Notes under the pieces: generated by a model
Told to the model about the DNA's origin: nothing
The model's database searches: none
Seen by the model: only the letters and a program-made list of their open reading frames with translations
Translations under genes and position numbers: made by a program
Shown: piece after piece, positions 24,951 to 33,977 of the stretch
Numbering within the stretch: the stretch's first letter is position 1
How the letters are laid out: every line of letters starts with the position of its first letter
NCBI RefSeq assembly: GCF_032079385.1
Contig: NZ_DAMAUC010000003.1
Coordinates: 117,119 to 181,118, forward strand
Origin: Anaerocolumna sp.
GTDB lineage: Bacteria; Bacillota; Clostridia; Lachnospirales; Lachnospiraceae
Reading direction: 5' to 3'
Length of the DNA stretch: 64,000 nucleotides

Positions 24951-25890
24951 AATTTATACTTTTTGATGTGATGAAACGTCCCGTTTTCATAAGAGCGCGC
25001 GGAGTTATTCCAAACCTTTTTTGAAACGCGCTTGAGAAGTGACTTATATTTGTGTATCCCACTGCAAAGGCAGTTTGGCTCACATTATAATTTCCTCCCT
25101 GAAGCAAAGAAAAAGCTTTTTCCAGCCGTTGCTCCCGAATAAATTCATAGACAGTTTTTCCAAAGTACAGTTTAAAAAAACGTTTCAATTTGTAATCATT
25201 CATCTGGACTATGCGTGACAATTCTAGTAGAGTGGGAGGGGTTTCTAATCGGTTTAACAGTACCTCGCGGGCATCAGTCAGTCGTTCCATATCAGATCTA
25301 GAAATTTCATTAAAGCGATTCTCAAAAGAATCCTTACAGAGCAGTCTTTCTAAATTTATAGACAACAATTCTAAAATATAGCTTTCCAGTAAAAGCCTAT
25401 TTAGTTTATCTGGTCCCTTCGCAAAGCATGAATCCAATTTATTGATAATGCTTTCTTCCTGCGCATCGTTTTTAAAATCACAACAATAATAGGCTCCCTT
25501 TTGAAATGAACGAAATCCTACGTTGCTTTTTCCATAAACTGCTTCACAAAAATCATCAAACGTACTGGGGCTGACCCAAATTGAATATAACTTGATATCA
25601 TCTCCTTTGTCGTACTCTGAATGGCATATGGCCTGTCCCAAAAAACCAAGTGATGCATATCCTGGTCGAAGTTCAATCGGTGTCCGATCCACTTCTCCGT
25701 ACATGGAATTCTTTCGGCTATAACATAATTCAAAGATAGGAGCAGTCGTCTCTGCTTTTCTTTGAATTTTATTTTGCAGTATACCGCCAGATACCATGAT
25801 ATATACATTAGGGCGTACAGCTATACTTTTTTGGGGGAAAATATTTGAATCTTCATACTTTAGCGGTAAGTAAGACATTTTATCATTCAC
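24949..25890 (-). CDS. AraC-family transcriptional regulator
   Basis: The C-terminal dual HTH (LLELSRIVQMNDYKLKRFFKLYFGKTVYEFIREQRLEKA..VSQTAFAVGYTNISHFSSAFQKRFGITP) is AraC-type. The gene is divergent from the siderophore ABC operon. Confidence 0.85.
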   Translation of the reverse strand: MNDKMSYLPLKYEDSNIFPQKSIAVRPNVYIMVSGGILQNKIQRKAETTAPIFELCYSRKNSMYGEVDRTPIELRPGYASLGFLGQAICHSEYDKGDDIKLYSIWVSPSTFDDFCEAVYGKSNVGFRSFQKGAYYCCDFKNDAQEESIINKLDSCFAKGPDKLNRLLLESYILELLSINLERLLCKDSFENRFNEISRSDMERLTDAREVLLNRLETPPTLLELSRIVQMNDYKLKRFFKLYFGKTVYEFIREQRLEKAFSLLQGGNYNVSQTAFAVGYTNISHFSSAFQKRFGITPRALMKTGRFITSKSIN

Positions 25891-25975
25891 TCCTTAATGT
25901 TTCCCGTTCGGCACAAGGACAGGAAAGTATTAACAATATTTTATGCTTTTTATAGTTAGCTAATGTATCTATTTT

Positions 25976-25993
25976 AGTTAGTTGAGTCTAACT
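25976..25993. promoter_or_regulatory. Inverted-repeat operator candidate AGTTAG-N6-CTAACT
   Basis: AGTTAGTTGAGTCTAACT, in the divergent AraC / ABC intergenic region. Confidence 0.3.
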
Positions 25994-26139
25994 TGTCAAT
26001 ATAAAGTTTCTTTTACGATGTATGGAAGGAATTCTTTACATTTCTAAAAATTATCAGAGCACCGCTATTCTCCGTTTTGGGGCAAAAAAAATCCGTCCAG
26101 GGGTAGAAAAGCAATCTTTAATCCATTACACTTATCAAG

Positions 26140-26155
26140 GTTAGTCAAGGCTAAC
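26140..26155. promoter_or_regulatory. Second copy of the operator-like motif GTTAG-N6-CTAAC
   Basis: GTTAGTCAAGGCTAAC, about 40 nt upstream of the binding-protein start codon. Confidence 0.3.
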
Positions 26156-26194
26156 TAAATGAACATAAATTTTATTACAAAAAGGAGGATCAAC

Positions 26195-27199
26195 GTGAAG
26201 AAAAAACTTATTATTCCAATTTGTTTTATACTGGCAGTGTTCATGTCTGCCTGCTCAACCAGCAGTTCGGAAAAAAACGGGCAGCTAACAACACAGTCCA
26301 CCGAAGTAGTCAGCCCAGTTGATACTACAATAATAGTTGAGGATATGAAGGGGACAATTGAAATTCCAGCCAACCCTCAGCGCGTTGTGGATGTCTCCGG
26401 ATCAGCGGACAAGCTGATCATTATGGGAATTCCGTTCATTGGATCGGCCAACACCAGCATGTATGATGGTGTGACAGTGCCGGATTACCTACAGGACTAC
26501 TTTAGTGAAAATAGGGTTGAGGTAGTCGGGAACTATGCCGGAATCATGGATTTAAACCTTGAAAAGATTGCCGGATTAAAACCTGATCTTATCATTATGA
26601 ACATTCGGCATGAAAAGGTGTACGAGCAGCTTCAGGGAATTGCACCTACGGTCATGTTAGACGACGATATCAACTTTGTAAATTGGCGTGGACGTTTCCA
26701 ACAGCTGGGTGAATGGTTTGGCAAGGAAGATATCGTATCCAAGTGGCTTGAGGACTATGATGCAAAGGCAGCTGCATTTGCCGCACAGATAAAGGAAGCT
26801 GTCGGCAATGAATCTTTTGCGGTCATTGAGGCAAATTCGGTGCACTTTGGTTCCTATTATGTTTACCGGACAGCAGGTCCCGGCGATCTTGTTTTTAGCG
26901 AATTGAAGCTGAAGCCGTCAGCAGGTGTACCTAAGGATGTTTGGGGCGAAGTTGTGGATGCTGAGTATTTATCAAAGATTGACGCAGATCATGTTTTCTA
27001 CTTTAGTGATGACGGAAAACTTGGCGATACAGCGAACAATCCCATCTGGCAGAACCTGAACGCAGTACAAAACGGCAATGTATACTATGGACTGAATAAC
27101 GCACAGTACAATATGTCATACACACCCAGCGGGAAATTGCTTTACATGGAGAAAATGGCGAATGCCATTATTAACCACACAAATGTCGATGAAGAATAA
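26195..27199 (+). CDS. Iron-siderophore (FecB/FhuD-type) ABC substrate-binding lipoprotein
   Basis: AGGAGG precedes GTG 26195. The signal peptide plus lipobox is KKKLIIPICFILAVFMSAC. The architecture is cluster A-2 (KPDLIIM, AEYLSKIDADHVFY). Confidence 0.85.
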   Translation: MKKKLIIPICFILAVFMSACSTSSSEKNGQLTTQSTEVVSPVDTTIIVEDMKGTIEIPANPQRVVDVSGSADKLIIMGIPFIGSANTSMYDGVTVPDYLQDYFSENRVEVVGNYAGIMDLNLEKIAGLKPDLIIMNIRHEKVYEQLQGIAPTVMLDDDINFVNWRGRFQQLGEWFGKEDIVSKWLEDYDAKAAAFAAQIKEAVGNESFAVIEANSVHFGSYYVYRTAGPGDLVFSELKLKPSAGVPKDVWGEVVDAEYLSKIDADHVFYFSDDGKLGDTANNPIWQNLNAVQNGNVYYGLNNAQYNMSYTPSGKLLYMEKMANAIINHTNVDEE

Positions 27200-28250
27200 A
27201 TTGTTTAAAGAGTGGACTTCCTTTAAAACCACAACCAGATTCCGGCAGTGGGTTCACACAAAAGAGGGATATGCGTTTTCAATCCTTTTGATGCTCATTG
27301 TATTGTTGTTGTCCATCCTACTTTCCGTAAGCATAGGCGTTGCCGGAGGGAACTTTAAAACATTACTTCAAACACTTGCTCATCCGCATAACCCTTCCGA
27401 GATAGGAAGGATTATGCTGGAAATGCGTATGCCAAGAGCATTGGCTGCCTGCTTTACCGGGACAGCCTTTGCCCTTGCAGGGGCTATTATGCAGGGTGTT
27501 ACGGGAAATCCTTTGGCCGATGCTGGGCTTTTGGGAATTAATGCCGGGGCGGGATTCTTTGTTGCACTTACTGCCGTTCTTTTACCGTCTATATCGGTTT
27601 TTGGCACGATGTTTTCGGCATTTCTCGGTGCGGCCTTGGCCGTTCTGATGGTATATGGCTTAGGCATAGGCAATCATAAGTCTGGGGCCATCCGGCTGGT
27701 TTTAGCCGGCTCCGCTGTTTCAGCGCTATTAACCGCCCTTAGTCAGGGAATCTCGCTTACCTTTGGTATATCCAAAGACCTCTCTTTTTGGACAGCGGGC
27801 AGCCTGTCCGGCATTTCGTGGACACAGCTGATCGTAACCACTCCCTGGATTATGGGAGCAGCGTTTGCAGGCGTGCTTCTTTCTGAAAAGTTGTCGGTAT
27901 TGGCGCTGGGCGAAGAAAGCGCCGCAGGACTTGGGTTGAATTTATGGGCAGTCCGTCTGACCGGGATAGCGGTTGTCCTGATTTTAGCAGGCGCAAGCGT
28001 ATCGCTGGTGGGCGGGATTTCGTTCTTGGGACTGATTGTGCCGCACTCGGCCCGTCTGCTGGTGGGAGCGGATTACCGCAGGGTTTTGCCGGCATCAGCA
28101 CTTTTGGGGGCGATATTGCTGGTGCTTGCCGATGTGGCAGCCCGCACCATCCATGCGCCTTTTGACACTCCTGTAGGCGCACTGGTATCGGCAATCGGTG
28201 TTCCGGTATTTCTAGCGCTGACCTATCGAAAAAAAGGAGCCGCCATATGA
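27183..28250 (+). CDS. FecCD-family iron-siderophore ABC permease
   Basis: Motifs RMPRALAACFTGTAFALAGAIMQGVTGNPLADAGLLGINAG and GISFLGLIVPH. The start (27183 or 27189) is uncertain. Confidence 0.9.
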   Translation: MSMKNKLFKEWTSFKTTTRFRQWVHTKEGYAFSILLMLIVLLLSILLSVSIGVAGGNFKTLLQTLAHPHNPSEIGRIMLEMRMPRALAACFTGTAFALAGAIMQGVTGNPLADAGLLGINAGAGFFVALTAVLLPSISVFGTMFSAFLGAALAVLMVYGLGIGNHKSGAIRLVLAGSAVSALLTALSQGISLTFGISKDLSFWTAGSLSGISWTQLIVTTPWIMGAAFAGVLLSEKLSVLALGEESAAGLGLNLWAVRLTGIAVVLILAGASVSLVGGISFLGLIVPHSARLLVGADYRRVLPASALLGAILLVLADVAARTIHAPFDTPVGALVSAIGVPVFLALTYRKKGAAI

Positions 28251-29245
28251 ACAAACAAAACAAGCAGCGGCTGCTGCCATGGCTACTTCTGACAGTCGTT
28301 TGCGCAGAGGTTCTGTTCTCTATAAACTGTGGGTATCTGAAAATACCATATGCTGATGTTTTGACAAGTCTTGTGAACCCAGACAGCCCCGAATCATCGG
28401 TTGTGCTGCTGCAAATTCGGCTGCCACGCATCGTTCTGGCTGTCTTGTGTGGGATAGGCTTGGCTCTGTCCGGATGTACGCTGCAGGCAGTAACAGAAAA
28501 CCCGCTGGCCGATCCGGGCATTCTGGGCATCAACGCCGGTGCCGGATTTTCGGTAATGCTGTTCCTGTCACTTTTTCCATCCCTGCATGTTAGCACGATG
28601 ATCTATCAACCGTTGTTTGCTATGGCGGGAGGGCTTTTCGTTGCGGCGCTGTTATATGGTTTTTCCAAAAGGAATGGCAAGGTAAGACCTGATTACATGT
28701 TATTGGGGGGGATTGGTCTTACCGCCGGTTTTTCTGCTTTGATGCTGATTATGGGTGCAGATATGGATAATAGCAGCTATCAGTTGGTGGCCAGATGGCT
28801 GGCGGGGAACATCTGGGGCAGCAGCTGGCATCAGGTCAAGGCGCTGATCCCGTACCTATTGATACTGATGCCCCTGCTGTTTGGAAGGATGAATGTTCTG
28901 GATCTGCTTCTCCTTGGCGAGGAAGCCTCATTGGCGCTGGGGGTTCAAGTAGAAAAGGAACGCAGAACCCTTCTGATTATCGCAGTTGCACTGGCAGCCA
29001 GCTGTATTTCAGTCAGTGGAGGAATTGGATTTGTTGGTCTTGTAGCGCCTCATATGGCGAGAAGGCTTGTAGGCGCTCGCCATCGCTATCTTCTTCCGGC
29101 TTCTATGCTGATGGGAGGGCTTTTCCTGCTACTGGCTGATACTATGGGACGCTCCTTATTTCAGCACATTGAAATACCTGTGGGCATCATGATTTCTGTT
29201 CTGGCTGCACCTTATTTTCTGTACCTGCTTCGCAAACAGCCCTAA
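28247..29245 (+). CDS. FecCD-family iron-siderophore ABC permease
   Basis: Motifs RLPRIVLAVLCGIGLALSGCTLQAVTENPLADPGILGINAG and GIGFVGLVAPH. It has an ATGA overlap with the upstream gene. Confidence 0.9.
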   Translation: MNKQNKQRLLPWLLLTVVCAEVLFSINCGYLKIPYADVLTSLVNPDSPESSVVLLQIRLPRIVLAVLCGIGLALSGCTLQAVTENPLADPGILGINAGAGFSVMLFLSLFPSLHVSTMIYQPLFAMAGGLFVAALLYGFSKRNGKVRPDYMLLGGIGLTAGFSALMLIMGADMDNSSYQLVARWLAGNIWGSSWHQVKALIPYLLILMPLLFGRMNVLDLLLLGEEASLALGVQVEKERRTLLIIAVALAASCISVSGGIGFVGLVAPHMARRLVGARHRYLLPASMLMGGLFLLLADTMGRSLFQHIEIPVGIMISVLAAPYFLYLLRKQP

Positions 29246-29259
29246 GGAGGTGAAACGTT

Positions 29260-30057
29260 ATGCAAGCTTGTATAATAGCAAACAAACTGTCCGCGGGTTA
29301 TAGCAGTATCCCTGTTTTTCATAATTTCGACCTTGAAATCCCGTCAGGACAAATTACAACGTTGATTGGCTCAAATGGCTCCGGTAAATCTACGATTCTC
29401 AAAACCATATCAAGGATAATCGCTCCATCAGGTGGTGCTGTGTATCTGGAGGGAGAATCCATTCACAGCATGCCGACAAAGCTGGTAGCGCAAAAGCTGG
29501 CGCTGTTGCCTCAAAGTGCACAGATCCCCGCGGGGATAACCGTTCGGGATTTGGTGGAATACGGGCGCTTCCCCTATCGTTCGAAGATGTCCGGAATGAC
29601 ACAAAAAGACATGGAAGTGATTCACTGGGCTTTGTCGTGTACCAATATGACAGAACTGGCAAACAGGGAAATGGATCAGCTTTCTGGGGGACAACGGCAG
29701 CGCGGTTGGATCGCCATGGCACTGGCGCAAAAGACGGATATTCTGTTTCTGGATGAGCCTACTACCTATCTGGATATTTCCCATCAACTGGAGATACTCC
29801 AGCTGCTAAGGAAGTTGAATGTTGAGCAGAGCGTAACGATTGTCATGGTTCTGCATGACCTGAACCACGCTGTTATGTTCTCTGATTATCTTGTAGCCAT
29901 CAAGGATGGAAACAAGCACTGTGCTGGTACACCAGAAGAGGTCATAACACCGGAAACGCTCAGGGAGGTTTTTGACGTGGAGGCGGAAGTGATCCGGCAT
30001 CCGGTGCTGGAGGTGCCGGTGTGTCTTCCCTATGGCGTGTGCAGACAAATATTTTAA
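29260..30057 (+). CDS. Iron-siderophore ABC transporter ATP-binding protein (FecE/FhuC-like)
   Basis: Walker A GSNGSGKST, signature LSGGQRQR and Walker B ILFLDEPT. Confidence 0.9.
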   Translation: MQACIIANKLSAGYSSIPVFHNFDLEIPSGQITTLIGSNGSGKSTILKTISRIIAPSGGAVYLEGESIHSMPTKLVAQKLALLPQSAQIPAGITVRDLVEYGRFPYRSKMSGMTQKDMEVIHWALSCTNMTELANREMDQLSGGQRQRGWIAMALAQKTDILFLDEPTTYLDISHQLEILQLLRKLNVEQSVTIVMVLHDLNHAVMFSDYLVAIKDGNKHCAGTPEEVITPETLREVFDVEAEVIRHPVLEVPVCLPYGVCRQIF

Positions 30058-30347
30058 AATATAAAGGTAAATAACTTGTTTAAAAAGTATTGGAATATGC
30101 CGGCGAGTATCGCAAAACAACTTATGCAGCCATTGCAGTCTGCGTACTGCTTTATGCTGTGTTTTATGGAAGAGGAACATTCGAACTTACATAAGTATGG
30201 TAAAGAAGCAATATCTAAAGTAAAAATAGGGGATATTGAGAGTATATATTATTTTTTGTAAACTCCTTGGATTAATGACGCTGTTTTATATAATTTGTTT
30301 AGAATGAGTTTACAAAAATATGTTATAATAAACTCGAGGTGATGACC

Positions 30348-31022
30348 ATGGTTCATATTCTTGTTGTAGAGGATGACAAAAATACGAGAAGATTTATGAA
30401 AGCAGTATTAGAAGAAGAACAGTATATCGTATTTACCGCTTCCAATGGAGTGGAAGCTTTGGAAGTTTTAGATACAACTCACATTGATTTAATCGTGTTA
30501 GATATTATGATGCCGAAGATGGATGGCTACGAATTAACAGAGATTTTACGCAGCGTACAAAGTGAACTTCCCATATTAATGGTTTCGGCGAAGCAGCTTC
30601 CTGTTGATCGAAAAAAAGGATTTCAGGTGGGAACCGATGATTTTATGACAAAGCCAGTGGATGCAGAGGAAATGGTACTACACATAAAAGCCCTGTTACG
30701 TCGTGCTAAAATTACAAGTGAACGAAAAATAATGATAGGAAATGTAGTACTGGATGAAGATTCACTGTCTGTAACACGAGAGGGAGAAACACAAGTGCTT
30801 CCGCAAAAGGAATTTCAGCTTCTATTTAAATTGTTATCTTATCCGGGTAAGATATTTACAAGGATTCAGCTTATGGATGAAATCTGGGGGACAGAAAGTG
30901 ACTCGGGCTGGGAAACTGTAACTGTACATGTTGGCCGGTTACGAAGGAGATTTGAAGGTTGGCCGGAATTTAGAATTGAATCGGTACGGGGACTAGGGTA
31001 TAAGGCGGTGAATCTGGTATGA
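30348..31022 (+). CDS. OmpR-family response regulator
   Basis: Receiver domain ILVVEDD..DLIVLDIMMPKMDG. Winged-helix output domain LPQKEFQLLFKLL..VHVGRLRRRF..VRGLGYK. Confidence 0.9.
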   Translation: MVHILVVEDDKNTRRFMKAVLEEEQYIVFTASNGVEALEVLDTTHIDLIVLDIMMPKMDGYELTEILRSVQSELPILMVSAKQLPVDRKKGFQVGTDDFMTKPVDAEEMVLHIKALLRRAKITSERKIMIGNVVLDEDSLSVTREGETQVLPQKEFQLLFKLLSYPGKIFTRIQLMDEIWGTESDSGWETVTVHVGRLRRRFEGWPEFRIESVRGLGYKAVNLV

Positions 31023-32089
31023 TAAAGTTCATAAGGAAGCATAAAAGGCTGAAAAATCCACCACCAGTGATATTGACGTTAGTATTTGCTATTTTGGTTT
31101 TTGTGATATTGGTGATTACTATGATAATTGTAGGTGTTTTTGTGGTAGTGTTAAATAAACTACAATTCATTAATAGCCTTAACGCGCCAAATATTTGGAT
31201 CCCAACTATATGGTTTGCATCTGCCAGTATATTAACCGGGACCGTAGTTGCTATTATTTTAAGCCGTATACCCTTAAAGCCAATCAATACAATCATTCAT
31301 GGTATGAATCAATTAGCCAATGGAAAGTATCAAACACGAATTGATTTAGGACATGTATCCGTTGCCAAGGGTATATCCAATAGCTTTAATACACTTGCAG
31401 AAGAACTGGAAAATACAGAGATGCTTCGTTCTGATTTTGTCAATAATTTTTCCCATGAATTTAAAACACCAATTGTGTCAATCTGTGGGTTTGCTAAGTT
31501 ATTACAAAGAGATACCATCTCGAAAGAAAAGCAAAAGGAGTATTTAAATATTATTGTGGAGGAATCTACCAGACTTTCTGAGATGGCAACCAATGTACTT
31601 AATTTGACCAAAGTGGAGTATCAAAGTATTCTAACGGATATTTCGAGGTTTAATCTCTCGGAGCAATTGCGAAACAGTGTGTTAATGTTGGAGAATAAAT
31701 GGATGCAAAAAGGAATCTCCATTACAGTGGAATTTAATGAATATTATATTGAAGCATGTGAAGAATTATTAAAGCAAGTTTGGATTAATATTTTGGATAA
31801 TTCCATTAAGTTTTCACCAAGGCATAGTGAGATTGAGATTGAATTGATAGAAGAACATGATTTGTTTACTGTATCCGTCATTAACCATGGACCAGAGATG
31901 AGTCAGGAGGAAATTAAGCGTGTTTATGATAAGTTTTGGCAAGGGGATACCTCTCATGCCTCGGAAGGTACGGGAATTGGTTTGTCCATTGCAAAACGGA
32001 TTGTAGAACTTCATAAAGGGAAAATTGATGTATATAGCTCAAAGGAGCAAACAAAATTTTCTGTTATTTTACCAAATAGAGTGTCATAA
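31019..32089 (+). CDS. Sensor histidine kinase, intramembrane-sensing type
   Basis: H-box FSHEFKTPI and G-boxes GTGIGLSIAKRIVELHKG. Two N-terminal TM helices are separated by a loop of only about 15 aa. It has an ATGA overlap with the regulator gene. Confidence 0.9.
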   Translation: MIKFIRKHKRLKNPPPVILTLVFAILVFVILVITMIIVGVFVVVLNKLQFINSLNAPNIWIPTIWFASASILTGTVVAIILSRIPLKPINTIIHGMNQLANGKYQTRIDLGHVSVAKGISNSFNTLAEELENTEMLRSDFVNNFSHEFKTPIVSICGFAKLLQRDTISKEKQKEYLNIIVEESTRLSEMATNVLNLTKVEYQSILTDISRFNLSEQLRNSVLMLENKWMQKGISITVEFNEYYIEACEELLKQVWINILDNSIKFSPRHSEIEIELIEEHDLFTVSVINHGPEMSQEEIKRVYDKFWQGDTSHASEGTGIGLSIAKRIVELHKGKIDVYSSKEQTKFSVILPNRVS

Positions 32090-32219
32090 TTTATTGATTA
32101 GGGTAATTGTTTTAGGACAGTTGCTCTTTTTTTATGTCCTAATATAAATGTTTGATTAGTTTAGTTTCAGTTTCTCTTTATGGGATATGATATCCCTTGC
32201 TTACAGAAAGGGGAATCAT

Positions 32220-33977
32220 ATGATTAAATTATTTAAAAATTTAACAAAAAAAGAATGGTCATTTATTGGAATCAGCCTTGTCTTTATTATAGCGCAGGTA
32301 TGGTTGGATCTTAAATTACCAGATTATATGAGTGAAATTACAATGTTGGTGCAGACTGAAGGCAGCACAATGGCTGAAATCTTAACTGCGGGAGGAAAGA
32401 TGTTACTATGTGCGCTGGGAAGCCTTGTTGGATCCGTCATTGTTGCTGCGTTAGCCGCAAAAGTTGCTTCTAACTTCGGTGCCAGATTAAGAGGGAATTT
32501 ATTTGATAAGGTACAGTCCTTTACCATGGAAGAAATCAATAGATTTTCTACATCCAGTCTGATTACAAGATCCACCAACGATATTACACAGGTGCAAATG
32601 GTTGTGGTAATGGGCTTACAGGCTATGATTAAAGCACCTATTCTAGCAGTATGGGCAATAATGAAAATTCGTGGTAAGAGCTGGCAATGGACATTGACAA
32701 CAGCACTTGCGGTATTGTCCCTGGTAGTAATTGTTGGCTGTTGTGTCATTTTAGCAATGCCTAAGTTTAAGCGGCTTCAAAGTTTAACGGATGATCTAAA
32801 CCGGGTAACCAGAGAGAATCTTACTGGTCTTCGGGTTGTTCGTGCATATAACGCAGAAGAATATCAGGGCCGTAAATTTGAAAAGGCAAATACAGAATTA
32901 ACTGGAACCAATTTATATGCCAACCATGTAATGGCTATGATGCTGCCTAGTATCCAGTTAATAATGAGCGGTTTATCCTTAGCAATTTACTGGGTGGGAG
33001 CGATTCTGATTCAAGAAGCCAGTATGATGGAGAGAATGACTTTATTTTCAGATATGATTGTCTTCTCCTCTTATGCAATGCAGGTAGTTATGGCATTTAT
33101 GATGCTGATTATGATTTTTATTATGTTACCCCGTGCTTCTGTTTCCGGAAAACGTATTCTGGAAGTATTAGATACAGAACCAACTATCCTGGATGGGCAG
33201 ATTACATCTTCAAAAACAAAATGTAAAGGCGAAGTGGAATTCAAAAATGTAAGTTTTAAATATCCGGATGCAGAAGGATATGTGATACGTAATATAAATT
33301 TTACTGCAAAAAAGGGGGAAACGGTGGCATTTATCGGTTCCACTGGATGTGGTAAAAGTACGGTAGTGAATTTAATACCACGTTTTTATGATGTAACAGA
33401 AGGGGAAGTTTTAGTAGACGGAATTAATGTGAAGGAATACAGCCAATACGCACTTCGTAATAAAATCGGGTATGTATCCCAAAAAGCAACGTTATTTGGA
33501 GGAACCATCAAATCCAATGTTGCCTTTGGAGATAATGGGAAAGACGGATTTCTTGCCACTGATATTATAGAGGCAGTTAGCACTGCCCAGGCAGCTGAAT
33601 TTGTAGAAGCAAAAGAAGATAGCTATGATAGCTTTGTAGCCCAAGGTGGTGCTAATTTATCTGGTGGACAAAAACAAAGAGTATCCATTGCCCGGGCCAT
33701 TTGCAGACATCCGGAGATATTTATCTTTGATGATTCCTTCTCAGCACTGGATTATAAGACAGACCGTAAATTACGTGATGCATTAAAACGTGAGTGCCCG
33801 GATGCTACCAAACTGGTTGTAGCACAGCGTATTGGAACCGTTCGTGATGCAGATAAGATTGTGGTACTTGATGAAGGAGGGGTAGTGGGAATTGGTACAC
33901 ATGAACTATTGATGAAAACATGTGAAGTGTATCAACAAATTGCGTATTCACAATTATCGAAGGAGGAGTTAGCGTGA
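32220..33977 (+). CDS. ABC exporter, fused permease/ATPase (heterodimer partner 1)
   Basis: RBS AAAGGGG then ATG 32220. Six-TM exporter domain, Walker A GSTGCGKST, signature LSGGQKQR and Walker B IFIFDDSFSALD. Confidence 0.9.
   Translation: MIKLFKNLTKKEWSFIGISLVFIIAQVWLDLKLPDYMSEITMLVQTEGSTMAEILTAGGKMLLCALGSLVGSVIVAALAAKVASNFGARLRGNLFDKVQSFTMEEINRFSTSSLITRSTNDITQVQMVVVMGLQAMIKAPILAVWAIMKIRGKSWQWTLTTALAVLSLVVIVGCCVILAMPKFKRLQSLTDDLNRVTRENLTGLRVVRAYNAEEYQGRKFEKANTELTGTNLYANHVMAMMLPSIQLIMSGLSLAIYWVGAILIQEASMMERMTLFSDMIVFSSYAMQVVMAFMMLIMIFIMLPRASVSGKRILEVLDTEPTILDGQITSSKTKCKGEVEFKNVSFKYPDAEGYVIRNINFTAKKGETVAFIGSTGCGKSTVVNLIPRFYDVTEGEVLVDGINVKEYSQYALRNKIGYVSQKATLFGGTIKSNVAFGDNGKDGFLATDIIEAVSTAQAAEFVEAKEDSYDSFVAQGGANLSGGQKQRVSIARAICRHPEIFIFDDSFSALDYKTDRKLRDALKRECPDATKLVVAQRIGTVRDADKIVVLDEGGVVGIGTHELLMKTCEVYQQIAYSQLSKEELA

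Noticed and set aside
27850-28596. 248-aa minus-strand ORF, and similar ORFs at 27380-27673, 29399-29787 and 29806-30180
   Set aside because: They lie antisense to well-supported FecCD/ATPase genes in a GC-rich block. They are Arg/Pro/Ser/Ala-rich, typical of spurious high-GC antisense ORFs.
30321-30329. Extended -10 promoter TGTTATAAT upstream of the response regulator
   Set aside because: The match is perfect, but it would leave a leader of only about 12 nt containing the RBS. It also lacks a -35 element, so I left it unannotated.
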